In this document: positions 42,564 to 51,164 of the stretch, piece after piece | Layout of the letters: every line of letters begins with the position of its first letter | Numbering within the stretch: position 1 is the first letter of the stretch | Source of the DNA: Candidatus Eiseniibacteriota bacterium | GTDB lineage: Bacteria > Eisenbacteria > RBG-16-71-46 > SZUA-252 | Direction of reading: 5' to 3' | Assembly (NCBI GenBank): GCA_963703225.1 | Contig: OY969801.1 | Span: 768,001 to 832,000, forward strand | Length of the DNA stretch: 64,000 nt | The notes under the pieces: model-generated | The model's database searches: none | What the model was told of the DNA's origin: nothing | The model's input: the letters and a program-made list of their open reading frames with translations, nothing else | Position numbers and translations under genes: made by a program

Positions 42564-43736
42564 ATGCCGAAGACGCCCAACAATCCTGAGCCGCCGCGAC
42601 GTCCTGCAGCCGCGGGGCGCCCCGCGCGCGCTGCCGTCGCCGCCGTGCCCGAGATCGACCACGAGCGGATCACCGATCCCGGGCCGTTGGGCAGCGAGGT
42701 CGATCTCGACCGCACCCTCCGCCCGCAGCGGCTCGAGGAGTTCGTGGGGCAGGAATCGCTCCGCGAGCAGCTCCGGATCGCGGTGGAGGCGGCGAGACAG
42801 CGCGGCGAGGCGCTGGACCACCTTCTCTTCCACGGCCCTCCCGGCCTGGGCAAGACCACCCTCGCGTCGATCATCGCGGCCGAGATGGACGTGCCGATCG
42901 TCCAGACCTCGGGGCCAGTTTTGGAACGGGCCGCCGACCTCGCGGGCCTTTTGACCAACCTCGAGTTCCGCTCCGTGCTCTTCATCGACGAGATCCACCG
43001 GATGAATCCGGTCGTCGAGGAGTATCTCTATCCCGCGATCGAGGACTTCTGCCTCGACATCATGATCGACCGGGGTCCCAGCGCGCGGAGCGTCCGGATC
43101 GACATCAAGCGATTCACATTGATCGGCGCCACGACGCGCACCGGCCTCCTGAGCGCGCCGCTCCGCGGCCGCTTTGGGATGAGCGCCCGGCTCGACTACT
43201 ACGCGCCCGAGGAATTGACGCGAATCATCCGCCGCTCGGCGAAAATCCTCGGCGTGCCGATCGACGCGGCCGGCGCCAAGGAGCTGGCCTCCCGCTCGCG
43301 CGGAACGCCGCGGGTGGGAAACCGCCTCCTGCGCCGCGTCCGGGACTACGCCGAGACGCGCGCCGACGGGAAGATCACCGAGGAGGTGGCTCGCGCCGCG
43401 CTCAAGCTTTTGGAAGTGGACGCGCGCGGCCTCGACGACATGGACCGCCGGATGCTCGAGGCAATCGTGGTCAAGTACGGCGGCGGCCCGGTCGGGCTCT
43501 CGACGATCGCCGTCGTGGTGGGAGAGGAGCCGGGAACGCTCGAGGACGTCTACGAGCCCTACCTGATCCAGGAGGGTTTCCTGAAGCGGACGGCGCGGGG
43601 CCGCGAGGCCACCGATCTCGCCTTCACCCACCTCGGCCTCACGCCACCCGACCGCGGCGCCTCCGCCGACCCGGCATTGGCGCGCCCCGAAGTGCCCGAA
43701 GAGGGCCCGGATACGCCTCAAAGCACGCTGTTCTGA
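42564..43736 (+). CDS. ruvB: Holliday junction branch migration helicase RuvB
   Basis: [41 protein letters not shown]...RT.RGR. Confidence 0.97.
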   Translation: MPKTPNNPEPPRRPAAAGRPARAAVAAVPEIDHERITDPGPLGSEVDLDRTLRPQRLEEFVGQESLREQLRIAVEAARQRGEALDHLLFHGPPGLGKTTLASIIAAEMDVPIVQTSGPVLERAADLAGLLTNLEFRSVLFIDEIHRMNPVVEEYLYPAIEDFCLDIMIDRGPSARSVRIDIKRFTLIGATTRTGLLSAPLRGRFGMSARLDYYAPEELTRIIRRSAKILGVPIDAAGAKELASRSRGTPRVGNRLLRRVRDYAETRADGKITEEVARAALKLLEVDARGLDDMDRRMLEAIVVKYGGGPVGLSTIAVVVGEEPGTLEDVYEPYLIQEGFLKRTARGREATDLAFTHLGLTPPDRGASADPALARPEVPEEGPDTPQSTLF

Positions 43737-43751
43737 CCCGCAAATATTTCC

Positions 43752-43783
43752 TTGAACCCGTACCATGGTACCGGGTCGATGAT
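43752..43783 (+). promoter_or_regulatory. MerR-type promoter/operator with elongated spacer
   Basis: -35 TTGAAC, spacer dyad ACCC-GTACCATGGTAC-CGGGT, -10-like GATGAT after 20 bp. Confidence 0.7.
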
Positions 43784-43798
43784 TCCAACCAGGTCGAT

Positions 43799-44227
43799 AT
43801 GAGCCAGAGATACCTGAGCAGCGGCGAGCTTGCCCGCGAGTCGGGCGTGAATTTGGAGACCCTCCGCTACTACGAGCGGCGGGATCTTCTGCCCCGGGTT
43901 GCGCGGACGGCAAGCGGACACCGGCGCTACGACCCTGAAGCGGTCTCACTCCTGAGGCTGATCAAGCGAGCCAAGGACCTCGGATTCACTCTCGCCGAGA
44001 TTCGGGGGCTGCTTCGAGGGCTCGAGCGTCCCAAAGCGGTCTGCGATGACGTCTGCCGGGTGATCGAAGCGAAAATCGGCCATTTGGATCAGGAGCTCAC
44101 GCGATTGAGGTCCCAGCGCGTACGGCTTTCGCGGTTACGGGATGACTGTCCGCGGACGCGGCCGTTGCGGGAGTGCCCGGTCGTCGTCGAGCTCAAGGGC
44201 GCCACACCAAGAAGGAGGAAACGATGA
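43799..44227 (+). CDS. MerR family heavy-metal-responsive regulator
   Basis: GELA...GVN.ETLRYYER..LL; LGFTL.EI; Cys82, Cys117 and Cys126, plus Cys86. Confidence 0.92.
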   Translation: MSQRYLSSGELARESGVNLETLRYYERRDLLPRVARTASGHRRYDPEAVSLLRLIKRAKDLGFTLAEIRGLLRGLERPKAVCDDVCRVIEAKIGHLDQELTRLRSQRVRLSRLRDDCPRTRPLRECPVVVELKGATPRRRKR

Positions 44228-44340
44228 AACGAATCGTGCTGATGCTGCTCACAATCGGGCTCATCGTGGCGAACGACGCAGTGTCGTGGGGGTCGACCGT
44301 GGCGAATGCTTGCCCAGGGAAGTGCCCGTTCTGCCCCTGA
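44224..44340 (+). CDS. 38-aa exported Cys-rich micropeptide MKRIVLMLLTIGLIVANDAVSWGSTVANACPGKCPFCP
   Basis: Below the ORF-track cutoff; AGGAGG RBS, ATGA overlap with the merR stop, signal-peptide shape, hairpin downstream. Confidence 0.7.
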   Translation: MKRIVLMLLTIGLIVANDAVSWGSTVANACPGKCPFCP

Positions 44341-44361
44341 ACGGAAAGAAGGGCGAAATCC

Positions 44362-44395
44362 GGCCGGCGGCCAGATTTGGTCGCCGGCCCTTTCA
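44362..44395 (+). terminator. Hairpin, probable intrinsic terminator
   Basis: GGCCGGCGGCCA-GATT-TGGTCGCCGGCC followed by CTTTCATT (short U tract). Confidence 0.5.
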
Positions 44396-44531
44396 TTCCC
44401 AGATAGAATTTGCGCGCCTGTCCCTCTAGTCGCGCTGCACTGAACTGAGGGCGTGGAAGCCCCTTGTCACAACCGGACGCGTTCACCGGTTCCTAGGTGA
44501 GAAAGACGTCCGTGAAAAGGAGGGTCGGAGG

Positions 44532-45419
44532 ATGCAGGGCCGTATCCCGGTTGCAGTCGCCATCGCCGCGATGCTGTGCATTCCCTTAAGCAGGATTGTG
44601 CCCTCGGCGCTGGCGGAACCGCTCCCGCCGAACCAGCGCGACCGCGAGGACGGAATTCCGACCTCGATGCTGGGGTCCTATGTTCAACGCCACGAGCTCT
44701 TGATCTATCCCTCCTACGAATACGTGACCGATCACAACATGGAGTACAACCCTGCAAACCTGGGCTACGGGCTGCAGGAGGATTTCCGCGGAAAGTTTCG
44801 CTCGTCCTCGGGAGGGATCTTCTTTGCTTACGGGGTTACTCGCAAGATCGCGCTGGAGTTCGAGACGGCGTACGAGAAGGCGTCACTCGAGAAGTCTCCC
44901 AGCGACCCATCGACGACTCCCGGCGAGATCAAGGAATCGGGGCTAGCCGACATCGAAGGACAAGTTCGGATCCGGCTGGCCGAGGAGCGCCGCAAGCGGC
45001 CGGAGATATACACGTTCGTCGAAATCACCGCGCCCACCCAGAGAGACGCGCTCCTTATCGGGAGCCCGGACTGGGATGCGCGCCCGGGCATCGGGTTGAT
45101 TCACGGATACCCCTGGGGCACGATGACGATCTGGTCCACGCTCGAGTACAACCGGGAACAGTCGGCCATCCAGGAACCGGCGCACTTCGATATCGGAGAG
45201 ACGGCCATCGAGTACCTGAGGCGCTTTTCGCGGTCCTGGCTGTTCAGCATGGCGTGGGAAGGCGGCGAAGGGGGTGCGCCAGACGAGTGGGAGCTGCGCA
45301 CCGGGATCCAGGGGCCCCTCGCCCATTGGGCGCACTTGAAGATCATCAACTCGGTGGGAGTCTTCTCGAAGTCTCCCGACTGGACGCTGCAAGCCGGGTT
45401 GATGTTCACCATGAAGTGA
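44532..45419 (+). CDS. Hypothetical exported protein, probable outer-membrane beta-barrel
   Basis: Signal peptide; alternating aromatic strands; AYGVT...ALE, SGLADIE, APT motifs resembling MetA-pathway/SphA-type barrels. Confidence 0.6.
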   Translation: MQGRIPVAVAIAAMLCIPLSRIVPSALAEPLPPNQRDREDGIPTSMLGSYVQRHELLIYPSYEYVTDHNMEYNPANLGYGLQEDFRGKFRSSSGGIFFAYGVTRKIALEFETAYEKASLEKSPSDPSTTPGEIKESGLADIEGQVRIRLAEERRKRPEIYTFVEITAPTQRDALLIGSPDWDARPGIGLIHGYPWGTMTIWSTLEYNREQSAIQEPAHFDIGETAIEYLRRFSRSWLFSMAWEGGEGGAPDEWELRTGIQGPLAHWAHLKIINSVGVFSKSPDWTLQAGLMFTMK

Positions 45420-45479
45420 GATCACGGCTGGCCACTCCCGAAGAGGCGGGGACCGCCCAAATGGTCTAAGGTCGGAGTA

Positions 45480-46580
45480 TTGAAAACCTCCGACTTCGAT
45501 TACGACCTTCCCAAAGAACGGATCGCGCAGCACCCGGCGGCGACCCGCGACGCGTCCCGCCTCTTGATCCTCGATCGCGCGAGCGGCGCGATCGCCCACA
45601 GGACCTTCCGCGACCTCCCCGAGTTCCTGCGCCCGGGCGATCTTCTGGTCGTCAACGACACGCGGGTGATTCCGGCGCGGCTCTTTGGGCGGCTCCACCC
45701 CGAGCCCGGGGGCGAGGGCCGCGGGGGCGTGCCGAGCACCGCGAGCCAACCGACCCCGGACCGCGAAATCGAGCTGCTCCTCCTCCGCGAAGAGCCGGCG
45801 GTGGCGCCGGAGCGGATCTGGTCCGCGCTCGCCAAACCCGCCCGCGCGCTCCACCCCGGCGCCATCGTGCGCTTTGTCGATCCCTCCTACGAAGCCGCCA
45901 TCATCTCGATTGGAGAGCGGGGCGTCCGCCGCGTCTCCTTCCGCCCCGCCCAGGACGCCACCTTTCCGTTCGAGGTCTGGCTCGCCCGCGTTGGGCACGT
46001 GCCGCTGCCTCCCTACATCGATCGCTCCGACGAGCCGGGCGACCGCGAGCGCTACCAGACGATCTTCGCCCGCGAAGGTGGATCGGTGGCGGCCCCCACC
46101 GCGGGGCTTCACTTCACCGACGAGACTCTCGCGGCGGTCCGCTCCAGAGGAGCAGCCGTCGAGACCGTGACCCTCCACGTCGGTGCGGGCACGTTTCGGC
46201 CCGTGGCCACCGAAGACCCCGCCGAGCACCTGCTCGACCCCGAGCCCTATCGCGTGCCGCCCGAGACCGCGGCGGCGCTCCAAGCCAACCTGGGCCGCGT
46301 GATCGCCGTGGGCACGACTTCGGTCCGGACCCTCGAGTCGTGGGCCCTCGACGGCCGGCTCGACGACGGCGCGTGGCGTGAGACCGGCCTCTTCATCCTT
46401 CCCCCGTTCCGCTTTCAAGTCGTCCAGGGGCTCGTCACCAACTTCCACCTGCCCCGCTCGAGCCTCCTCATGCTGGTCTGCGCGTTCGCCGGCCGCGAAC
46501 CGGTCCTCGCCGCCTACAACACCGCGGTCCGCGAGGGCTACCGCTTCTATTCCTACGGAGACGCGATGCTGATCCTGTAG
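45480..46580 (+). CDS. queA: S-adenosylmethionine:tRNA ribosyltransferase-isomerase
   Basis: FDYDLP..RIAQ.P, VNDTRVIPARL, PLPPYI.R, AAPTAGLHF, TNFHLP.S, YRFYSYGDAMLI. Confidence 0.97.
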   Translation: MKTSDFDYDLPKERIAQHPAATRDASRLLILDRASGAIAHRTFRDLPEFLRPGDLLVVNDTRVIPARLFGRLHPEPGGEGRGGVPSTASQPTPDREIELLLLREEPAVAPERIWSALAKPARALHPGAIVRFVDPSYEAAIISIGERGVRRVSFRPAQDATFPFEVWLARVGHVPLPPYIDRSDEPGDRERYQTIFAREGGSVAAPTAGLHFTDETLAAVRSRGAAVETVTLHVGAGTFRPVATEDPAEHLLDPEPYRVPPETAAALQANLGRVIAVGTTSVRTLESWALDGRLDDGAWRETGLFILPPFRFQVVQGLVTNFHLPRSSLLMLVCAFAGREPVLAAYNTAVREGYRFYSYGDAMLIL

Positions 46581-46626
46581 CCGCCAGGGTCCCCGGCTTC
46601 GTTCTGCACGGCGCATCGCAATTCGC

Positions 46627-46653
46627 TCAAGTTTTCGCCGCATTTGCCGATCC
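46627..46653 (+). promoter_or_regulatory. Sigma28 (FliA) promoter
   Basis: TCAAGTTT-N11-GCCGATCC versus consensus TAAAGTTT-N11-GCCGATAA. Confidence 0.65.
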
Positions 46654-46739
46654 ATTGTTCAAGCAATCCCCGCCGATTCCATCCGTTAACTCCCCGCAAA
46701 ACAACGACTTAATCCGATCCTGCCCGCATGGCTCGAAAC

Positions 46740-46754
46740 GGGCACGAGCATTGC
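46740..46754 (+). promoter_or_regulatory. Sigma54 -24/-12 promoter
   Basis: GGGCAC-GAGCA-TTGC (GG-N10-GC); IHF-like AAACAACGACTTA about 35 bp upstream. Confidence 0.65.
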
Positions 46755-46844
46755 CCTCTCCTTGGCTCAGGAGTGGCCGGAAGGGGCGCGTCCAGGGGGA
46801 CACGCGATCCGGCCCAAACGGGGAGCACAGGGAGGGATACCGAG

Positions 46845-47000
46845 ATGACCCGCGTCAAGACCCGCAGCAGGAAGGGAAGCCGCTCCCGTCGCGCGAGCGA
46901 CGACCGCACGGTGGCCGTCGAGGAGATCCGGAACCGCCGCTACATCGCGTTCGTGCGCGCCATCGTCGGCGCCGCTCGGGTTCGCAATTCGTCTCGCTAG
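46845..47000 (+). CDS. Small basic hypothetical protein (51 aa)
   Basis: GGAGGG RBS and ATG at 46845; first gene after the sigma28/sigma54 promoters. Confidence 0.5.
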   Translation: MTRVKTRSRKGSRSRRASDDRTVAVEEIRNRRYIAFVRAIVGAARVRNSSR

Positions 47001-47015
47001 GGGGAGAGGGCTGAC

Positions 47016-47327
47016 GTGTCGCGCTTACTCACACCAGAAGAGATCAAAGCCCTGCTCGCCGTTGACGAGCCCTGCGTCCCGGCGCCGCGGGAGCGGTTTC
47101 GCATCGTCGTCGACGCGGGTCACGCCGACTTGACGCCCGAGGATGTCGCGGGCCTCAAGCCGGGCTCGACGATCCCGCTCAACCGAAAGTCGGGCGAGCC
47201 TGTCGAGATCGTGGCCAACGCCGTCACCGTCGCACGAGGAGAGCTAGTGGAGATCGGCGGCAGGATCGCCGTGCGCGTCCTGTCCATGGAGAACCCGCCG
47301 GATCGGGCAGGGAGGTGCCAGTCATGA
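47016..47327 (+). CDS. Miniature FliM/FliN-family protein: FliM N-terminal peptide fused directly to a SPOA domain
   Basis: MSRLLTPEEIKALL (cf. LSQEEIDALL); L.PGSTIPL....GEPVEI.AN...VARGELV...G...VRV. Confidence 0.8.
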   Translation: MSRLLTPEEIKALLAVDEPCVPAPRERFRIVVDAGHADLTPEDVAGLKPGSTIPLNRKSGEPVEIVANAVTVARGELVEIGGRIAVRVLSMENPPDRAGRCQS

Positions 47328-47677
47328 ACCCGACCTTCGTCTACACCGTCGCGATCGCGGTCGCGGCCGTCACCATTTACGGCGTCCTGCGCGCGTGGTC
47401 GCGCCGGGAGGAAGCGGAGAGCGAATCCTCCGACGAGGCGCCTCCGGAGATCCGCGTCCTCACCCGCTCGCGCATGGGGCGTGGACGCACGCTCGTCGTC
47501 GTGGAGGTGGAGGGGCGTCGACTCCTGCTCGGGTCGACCCGCTCGGAGTGGTGCGCCCTCGCCGATCTCGGCACGGGGCCGGCCAAGCCGTCGGACGATC
47601 CCTTTGCCCCATTCGATGCCGAGCTGACGCGCGCCATGCACGCGACGCGGTACCGGAAGGGATGGAAGCACTCGTGA
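47324..47677 (+). CDS. fliO: FliO-like membrane protein
   Basis: N-terminal TM helix then IRVL.R..MG.GRTLVVVEVEGRRLLLGST; ATGA overlap. Confidence 0.78.
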   Translation: MNPTFVYTVAIAVAAVTIYGVLRAWSRREEAESESSDEAPPEIRVLTRSRMGRGRTLVVVEVEGRRLLLGSTRSEWCALADLGTGPAKPSDDPFAPFDAELTRAMHATRYRKGWKHS

Positions 47678-47807
47678 TCCTGGCCCGCGCTCACGCGCTC
47701 GGGGAACCGAGCAGAAGTTGGGCGCCGCGGGTGCCGGACACGCGGAATTGGCCGCGCCAGAACGCGCGGCGCTGCTCCAAGTAGCGTCGAAGGTGCTCTT
47801 TAGATCG

Positions 47808-47823
47808 CGGCATACGCCTTGCT
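47808..47823 (+). promoter_or_regulatory. Sigma54 -24/-12 promoter for the flhG-fliA operon
   Basis: CGGCAT-ACGCC-TTGCT (GG-N10-GC). Confidence 0.6.
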
Positions 47824-47886
47824 CTATCCGCCATGTCCACCACGACGATTACCGGACCTGAGCATCCAGCTCCGAGGAACGAAGGA

Positions 47887-48840
47887 ATGAGCGACATCAC
47901 CGGGAAAATCGAAGGGAAGGCAAAGCCAAGCGCTTCCGCCGGGCGAAGCCGGAACAAGGCCGGGAAACCGGCCCGGCCCCGGAGAGCCGCAAGAGCGGCG
48001 TTCGCCCCACCTCCGTCGCGCCCCCGCCGCCGCGTCATCGCGGTGACCAGCGGAAAGGGCGGCGTGGGCAAGACGAACATCGTGACCAACCTGGCCATCG
48101 CGCTCGCACGCCAGGGAATCCGCGTCCTGATTCTGGACGGGGATCTCGGATTGGCCAACGTCGATCTGCTCCTGGGCGTCGCGCCGCAATTCGACCTTCA
48201 GGACGTGATCTTGGGAAACCGGAGCATCCGCGACATCGTTCTCGAGGGGCCCGACGGCATCCGCGTCATTCCCGCCTCGAGCGGCGTCGAGGAGCTGGCG
48301 AACCTGGACGAGTATCGCACCGAAGTGCTCCTTCGCTCCCTCGCGGAGCTGGAGCACGAGACCGACATCATCTTGATCGACTCGCCCTCCGGCATCGGCC
48401 AGCACGCCACGTCGCTCATCCAGGGAGCCGACCGGATCCTCGTCGTGACCACGCCCGAGCCCACTTCCTTCTCCGATGCCTACGCCATGATCAAGGTCCT
48501 CGTGAAGCGGCCGCTTCGCGCCACGCCGGCCCTGCTCGTGAACCAGGCTGACTCCGAAGACGCCGCGCTCGCCGTCGCGCGCCGCGTGAAGGGCGTCGCC
48601 AAGCGCTTCTTGAACCTCGATATCGATTACTGGGGCTACGTCCTCGCGGACGAGTCGGTGCCCAAGTCGGTTCTCCGCCAGGAGCCGTTCCTCTCCACCT
48701 ATCCCTACTCGCCCGCGTCGAGCTGCATCTACCAGCTCGCGCGCCGCGTCCTGGGCCAACCCGACCGCTCCGGCTCGGACGACACGACGCCGGGGCCGTT
48801 CGCCCTCGTTACCCGCGACGAAGTGCCGGAGGAGGTCTAG
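47887..48840 (+). CDS. flhG: FlhG/FleN MinD-like ATPase (alternative start 47833)
   Basis: VIAVTSGKGGVGKTN, DGDLGLANVD.LLG, GP.GI..IPA.SG, TTPEPTS..DAYA.IK; adjacent to fliA. Confidence 0.88.
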   Translation: MSDITGKIEGKAKPSASAGRSRNKAGKPARPRRAARAAFAPPPSRPRRRVIAVTSGKGGVGKTNIVTNLAIALARQGIRVLILDGDLGLANVDLLLGVAPQFDLQDVILGNRSIRDIVLEGPDGIRVIPASSGVEELANLDEYRTEVLLRSLAELEHETDIILIDSPSGIGQHATSLIQGADRILVVTTPEPTSFSDAYAMIKVLVKRPLRATPALLVNQADSEDAALAVARRVKGVAKRFLNLDIDYWGYVLADESVPKSVLRQEPFLSTYPYSPASSCIYQLARRVLGQPDRSGSDDTTPGPFALVTRDEVPEEV

Positions 48841-48842
48841 GG

Positions 48843-49088
48843 ATGCGGCGCCTCATCATCCGCCTCACCGCCATCACCTCGCTCGCGGCCGCGCTCCTCG
48901 CCGGCGGGATCGGCGTCGTGACAGGGATTTCCTGGCCCGTCGTCGTCCTTCGCTCCGCCCTCGCGCTCGTCATCGTCGTCCTGGTTGGCGGGGGAACGGG
49001 TTTGATTCTCATGAGAACCGCGTTGCGCCGCTACTACGAGCAGCGGCGCGTCACCTCCGGCGACCGGCAGGTCCGGGCCGACCGGTAG
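48843..49088 (+). CDS. Small two-TM hypothetical membrane protein
   Basis: GGAGG RBS; two hydrophobic helices; lies between flhG and fliA. Confidence 0.65.
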   Translation: MRRLIIRLTAITSLAAALLAGGIGVVTGISWPVVVLRSALALVIVVLVGGGTGLILMRTALRRYYEQRRVTSGDRQVRADR

Positions 49089-49106
49089 CGCCCGAGGAAC
49101 CCCACC

Positions 49107-49877
49107 ATGGCCTCCATGTCCGTACTGCACACGCTCGCCAATCGACCCCCGCGCTCGAGGAGCAGGAAAGAGCGCCAAAAGGAGGTCGCGCTCAGCAAGT
49201 ACGCGCCGCTGGTCAAGTACGTCGTCGACCGGCTGGCGCTCCACCTACCGAAATCGGTCGAGCGGGACGACCTGATCTCCGCCGCGATCATCGGGCTCTT
49301 CGACGCGCTGGAGAAGTACGACGCGTCCAAGGGCACCAAGTTCGAGACCTACGCCATCTGGCGGATCCGGGGCGCCATCCTGGACGAGCTTCGCTCCCTC
49401 GACTGGGCGTCGCGGTCGATACGACGGAAGGCCCGGAACGTGGAGGAGGTCGCGAGGGATCTGGGCCAGAGACTGGGGCGCGCCGCGACCGAGGAAGAGG
49501 TGGCCGAGGCGCTCAACCTGAGCCCGGTCGAGCTATCGCGGCTCCTCGACGAGGTGCACGGGACCGCGCTCCTCTCCCTATCCAAGTCGGTTTCGAGCGA
49601 CGAGGAGCAGGACTTCATCCAGCTCGAGGACATCGTCGACGACCCCGCGCATCGGGACGCGCTCGATCAGATCGAGACCGAAGAGGCGCGCGAGGTGCTG
49701 CTCGAGACGATCGACGGGCTGCCGGAGCAGCAGCGGCTGGTGGTGGCGCTCTACTACTACGAAGAGATGACGCTGAAGGAGATCGGCGAGGCGCTCCACA
49801 TCTCCGAATCGCGCGTCTCGCAGATCCACACCCGCGCCGTGAAGACCTTGAAGGCCCGTCTGGGCCGCGTTCTCTAG
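49107..49877 (+). CDS. fliA: RNA polymerase sigma28 factor (FliA/WhiG)
   Basis: YAPLVKY, DDLIS...IGL, KFETYA..RIRGAILDELR..DW..RS.R, LYYYEE.TLKEIG..L..SESRVSQIH. Confidence 0.95.
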   Translation: MASMSVLHTLANRPPRSRSRKERQKEVALSKYAPLVKYVVDRLALHLPKSVERDDLISAAIIGLFDALEKYDASKGTKFETYAIWRIRGAILDELRSLDWASRSIRRKARNVEEVARDLGQRLGRAATEEEVAEALNLSPVELSRLLDEVHGTALLSLSKSVSSDEEQDFIQLEDIVDDPAHRDALDQIETEEAREVLLETIDGLPEQQRLVVALYYYEEMTLKEIGEALHISESRVSQIHTRAVKTLKARLGRVL

Positions 49878-49883
49878 CGATCC

Positions 49884-50769
49884 ATGACCAAGACCATCGA
49901 CGCCACCTCCCTGAAGCGCGTCACCGAGGGGATGGTCGCGCTTCCGACCCTCCCGCTCGTCGCCTACCGCGTCATCGAGGCGGTGGCGCAGCCCGAGACC
50001 AGCTCCGAGGAAGTGGCCCGGATCCTCGCCCTCGACCCCTCGCTCACCGCGCGCACGCTTCGCCTGGCCAACTCCGATTTCTACGGGTTCCCGCGGAAGG
50101 TGGGGAGCGTCGATTTGGCGGTCGTCGTCCTGGGATCGAACACCCTCCGCGACCTCGTCTTGAGCGCGTCCGTATTCAAGACCCTCGGCGAGAGCGACGA
50201 GGAGATGGAAGGGCTCTGGAACCACTCGCTCGCGTGCGGCGTGGCCGCGCGGTCCCTCGCCGACCGGTGCGGCTACCGGTTGAGCAGCGAGGCCTACGCG
50301 GCGGGGCTGCTTCACGACATTGGAAAGGTTGTACTGCGCCAGACCGACCCCGAGCGCTTTCGGGCGGTGGTCGCGATGGTGCGGGAGCAGGGGGAGGCGA
50401 TGGAGGACGCGGAGCGAGGCCTGTTCGGCTCGAGCCACGCCGAGGTTGGCGCGTGGCTCGCCGAGCGGTGGGGACTTCCCGCCGACCTCGTGGAAGCAAT
50501 CGCCTGCCATCACCGGCCGGAGGCCGCGACACGGAACGAGGAGCTCGCGGCGCTGGTACACGTCGCCAATTCCCTCACGGAGCGGGCGGGGCTTTCGTGG
50601 CCCAACGGGGTCGATGACGCGCCCCATCTCGCCCTCGACGTGGGAGCTGGTGGAGGCCGACGAGCGGCGTCGAGAGACGCTTCTGGAAGAGCTCGTCGAG
50701 GACGTGGTCCGCGAGACCGAGCGGGAGCGAACGCTCTTCGCCGAATTCCGCGGCCCACAGGAGGATTGA
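49884..50769 (+). CDS. HDOD domain protein; apparent frameshift near 50610
   Basis: LPTLP, DPSLTA..LRLANS..YG, LW.HS, AGLLHDIGK, HAEVG..LA..W.LP, HH.P. Confidence 0.88.
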
Positions 50770-50773
50770 GTTC

Positions 50774-51139
50774 ATGGGCGTCGCCGCAACCAAGTCCGCG
50801 CACGATCGCGCGATCGAGATCCGGGTCCGTTTCGAGCCCGGCCTGGGAGCGTCTCTCTACGCGTCGCTCCAGGACGGCGAGGTGAGCCCGGTCACGGTCG
50901 CGAAGACGCTGGGGCGCGGCCGCGCGATCTTGCGCTACCACGGCTACACGCTGATGGCGCATGGCGCACCGGACTGGAAGGTCGGGGACACGTTCTCCGT
51001 GTTCGTGAAGGAAATGGGACCGCCGCTGGTGCTGGCGCCGGTGGGCCCAGGGAGCCAGGGAGGGAAGCCGGTCGCCACGGTCGAAACGGCGGTGGTGCCA
51101 GGAGTTGTCGATCGTCCCGGGAACGGCATCCGGCCCTGA
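50774..51139 (+). CDS. Hypothetical protein, small beta-domain
   Basis: GAGGA RBS; operon-spaced; V......GRA.L...G..L.A......G....V.V....P.LVL. Confidence 0.55.
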   Translation: MGVAATKSAHDRAIEIRVRFEPGLGASLYASLQDGEVSPVTVAKTLGRGRAILRYHGYTLMAHGAPDWKVGDTFSVFVKEMGPPLVLAPVGPGSQGGKPVATVETAVVPGVVDRPGNGIRP

Positions 51140-51164
51140 TCGAGAGAGGCCAAGGAGGAAGGCC

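Noticed and set aside
43799..45419. Canonical mer operon or mercury-resistance transposon
   Set aside because: No merA, merT, merP, merB, transposase or terminal inverted repeats.
46659..46679. Second TCAAG...GCCGAT sigma28-like match
   Set aside because: Spacing is 9 nt rather than 15 nt between TCAA and GCCGAT.
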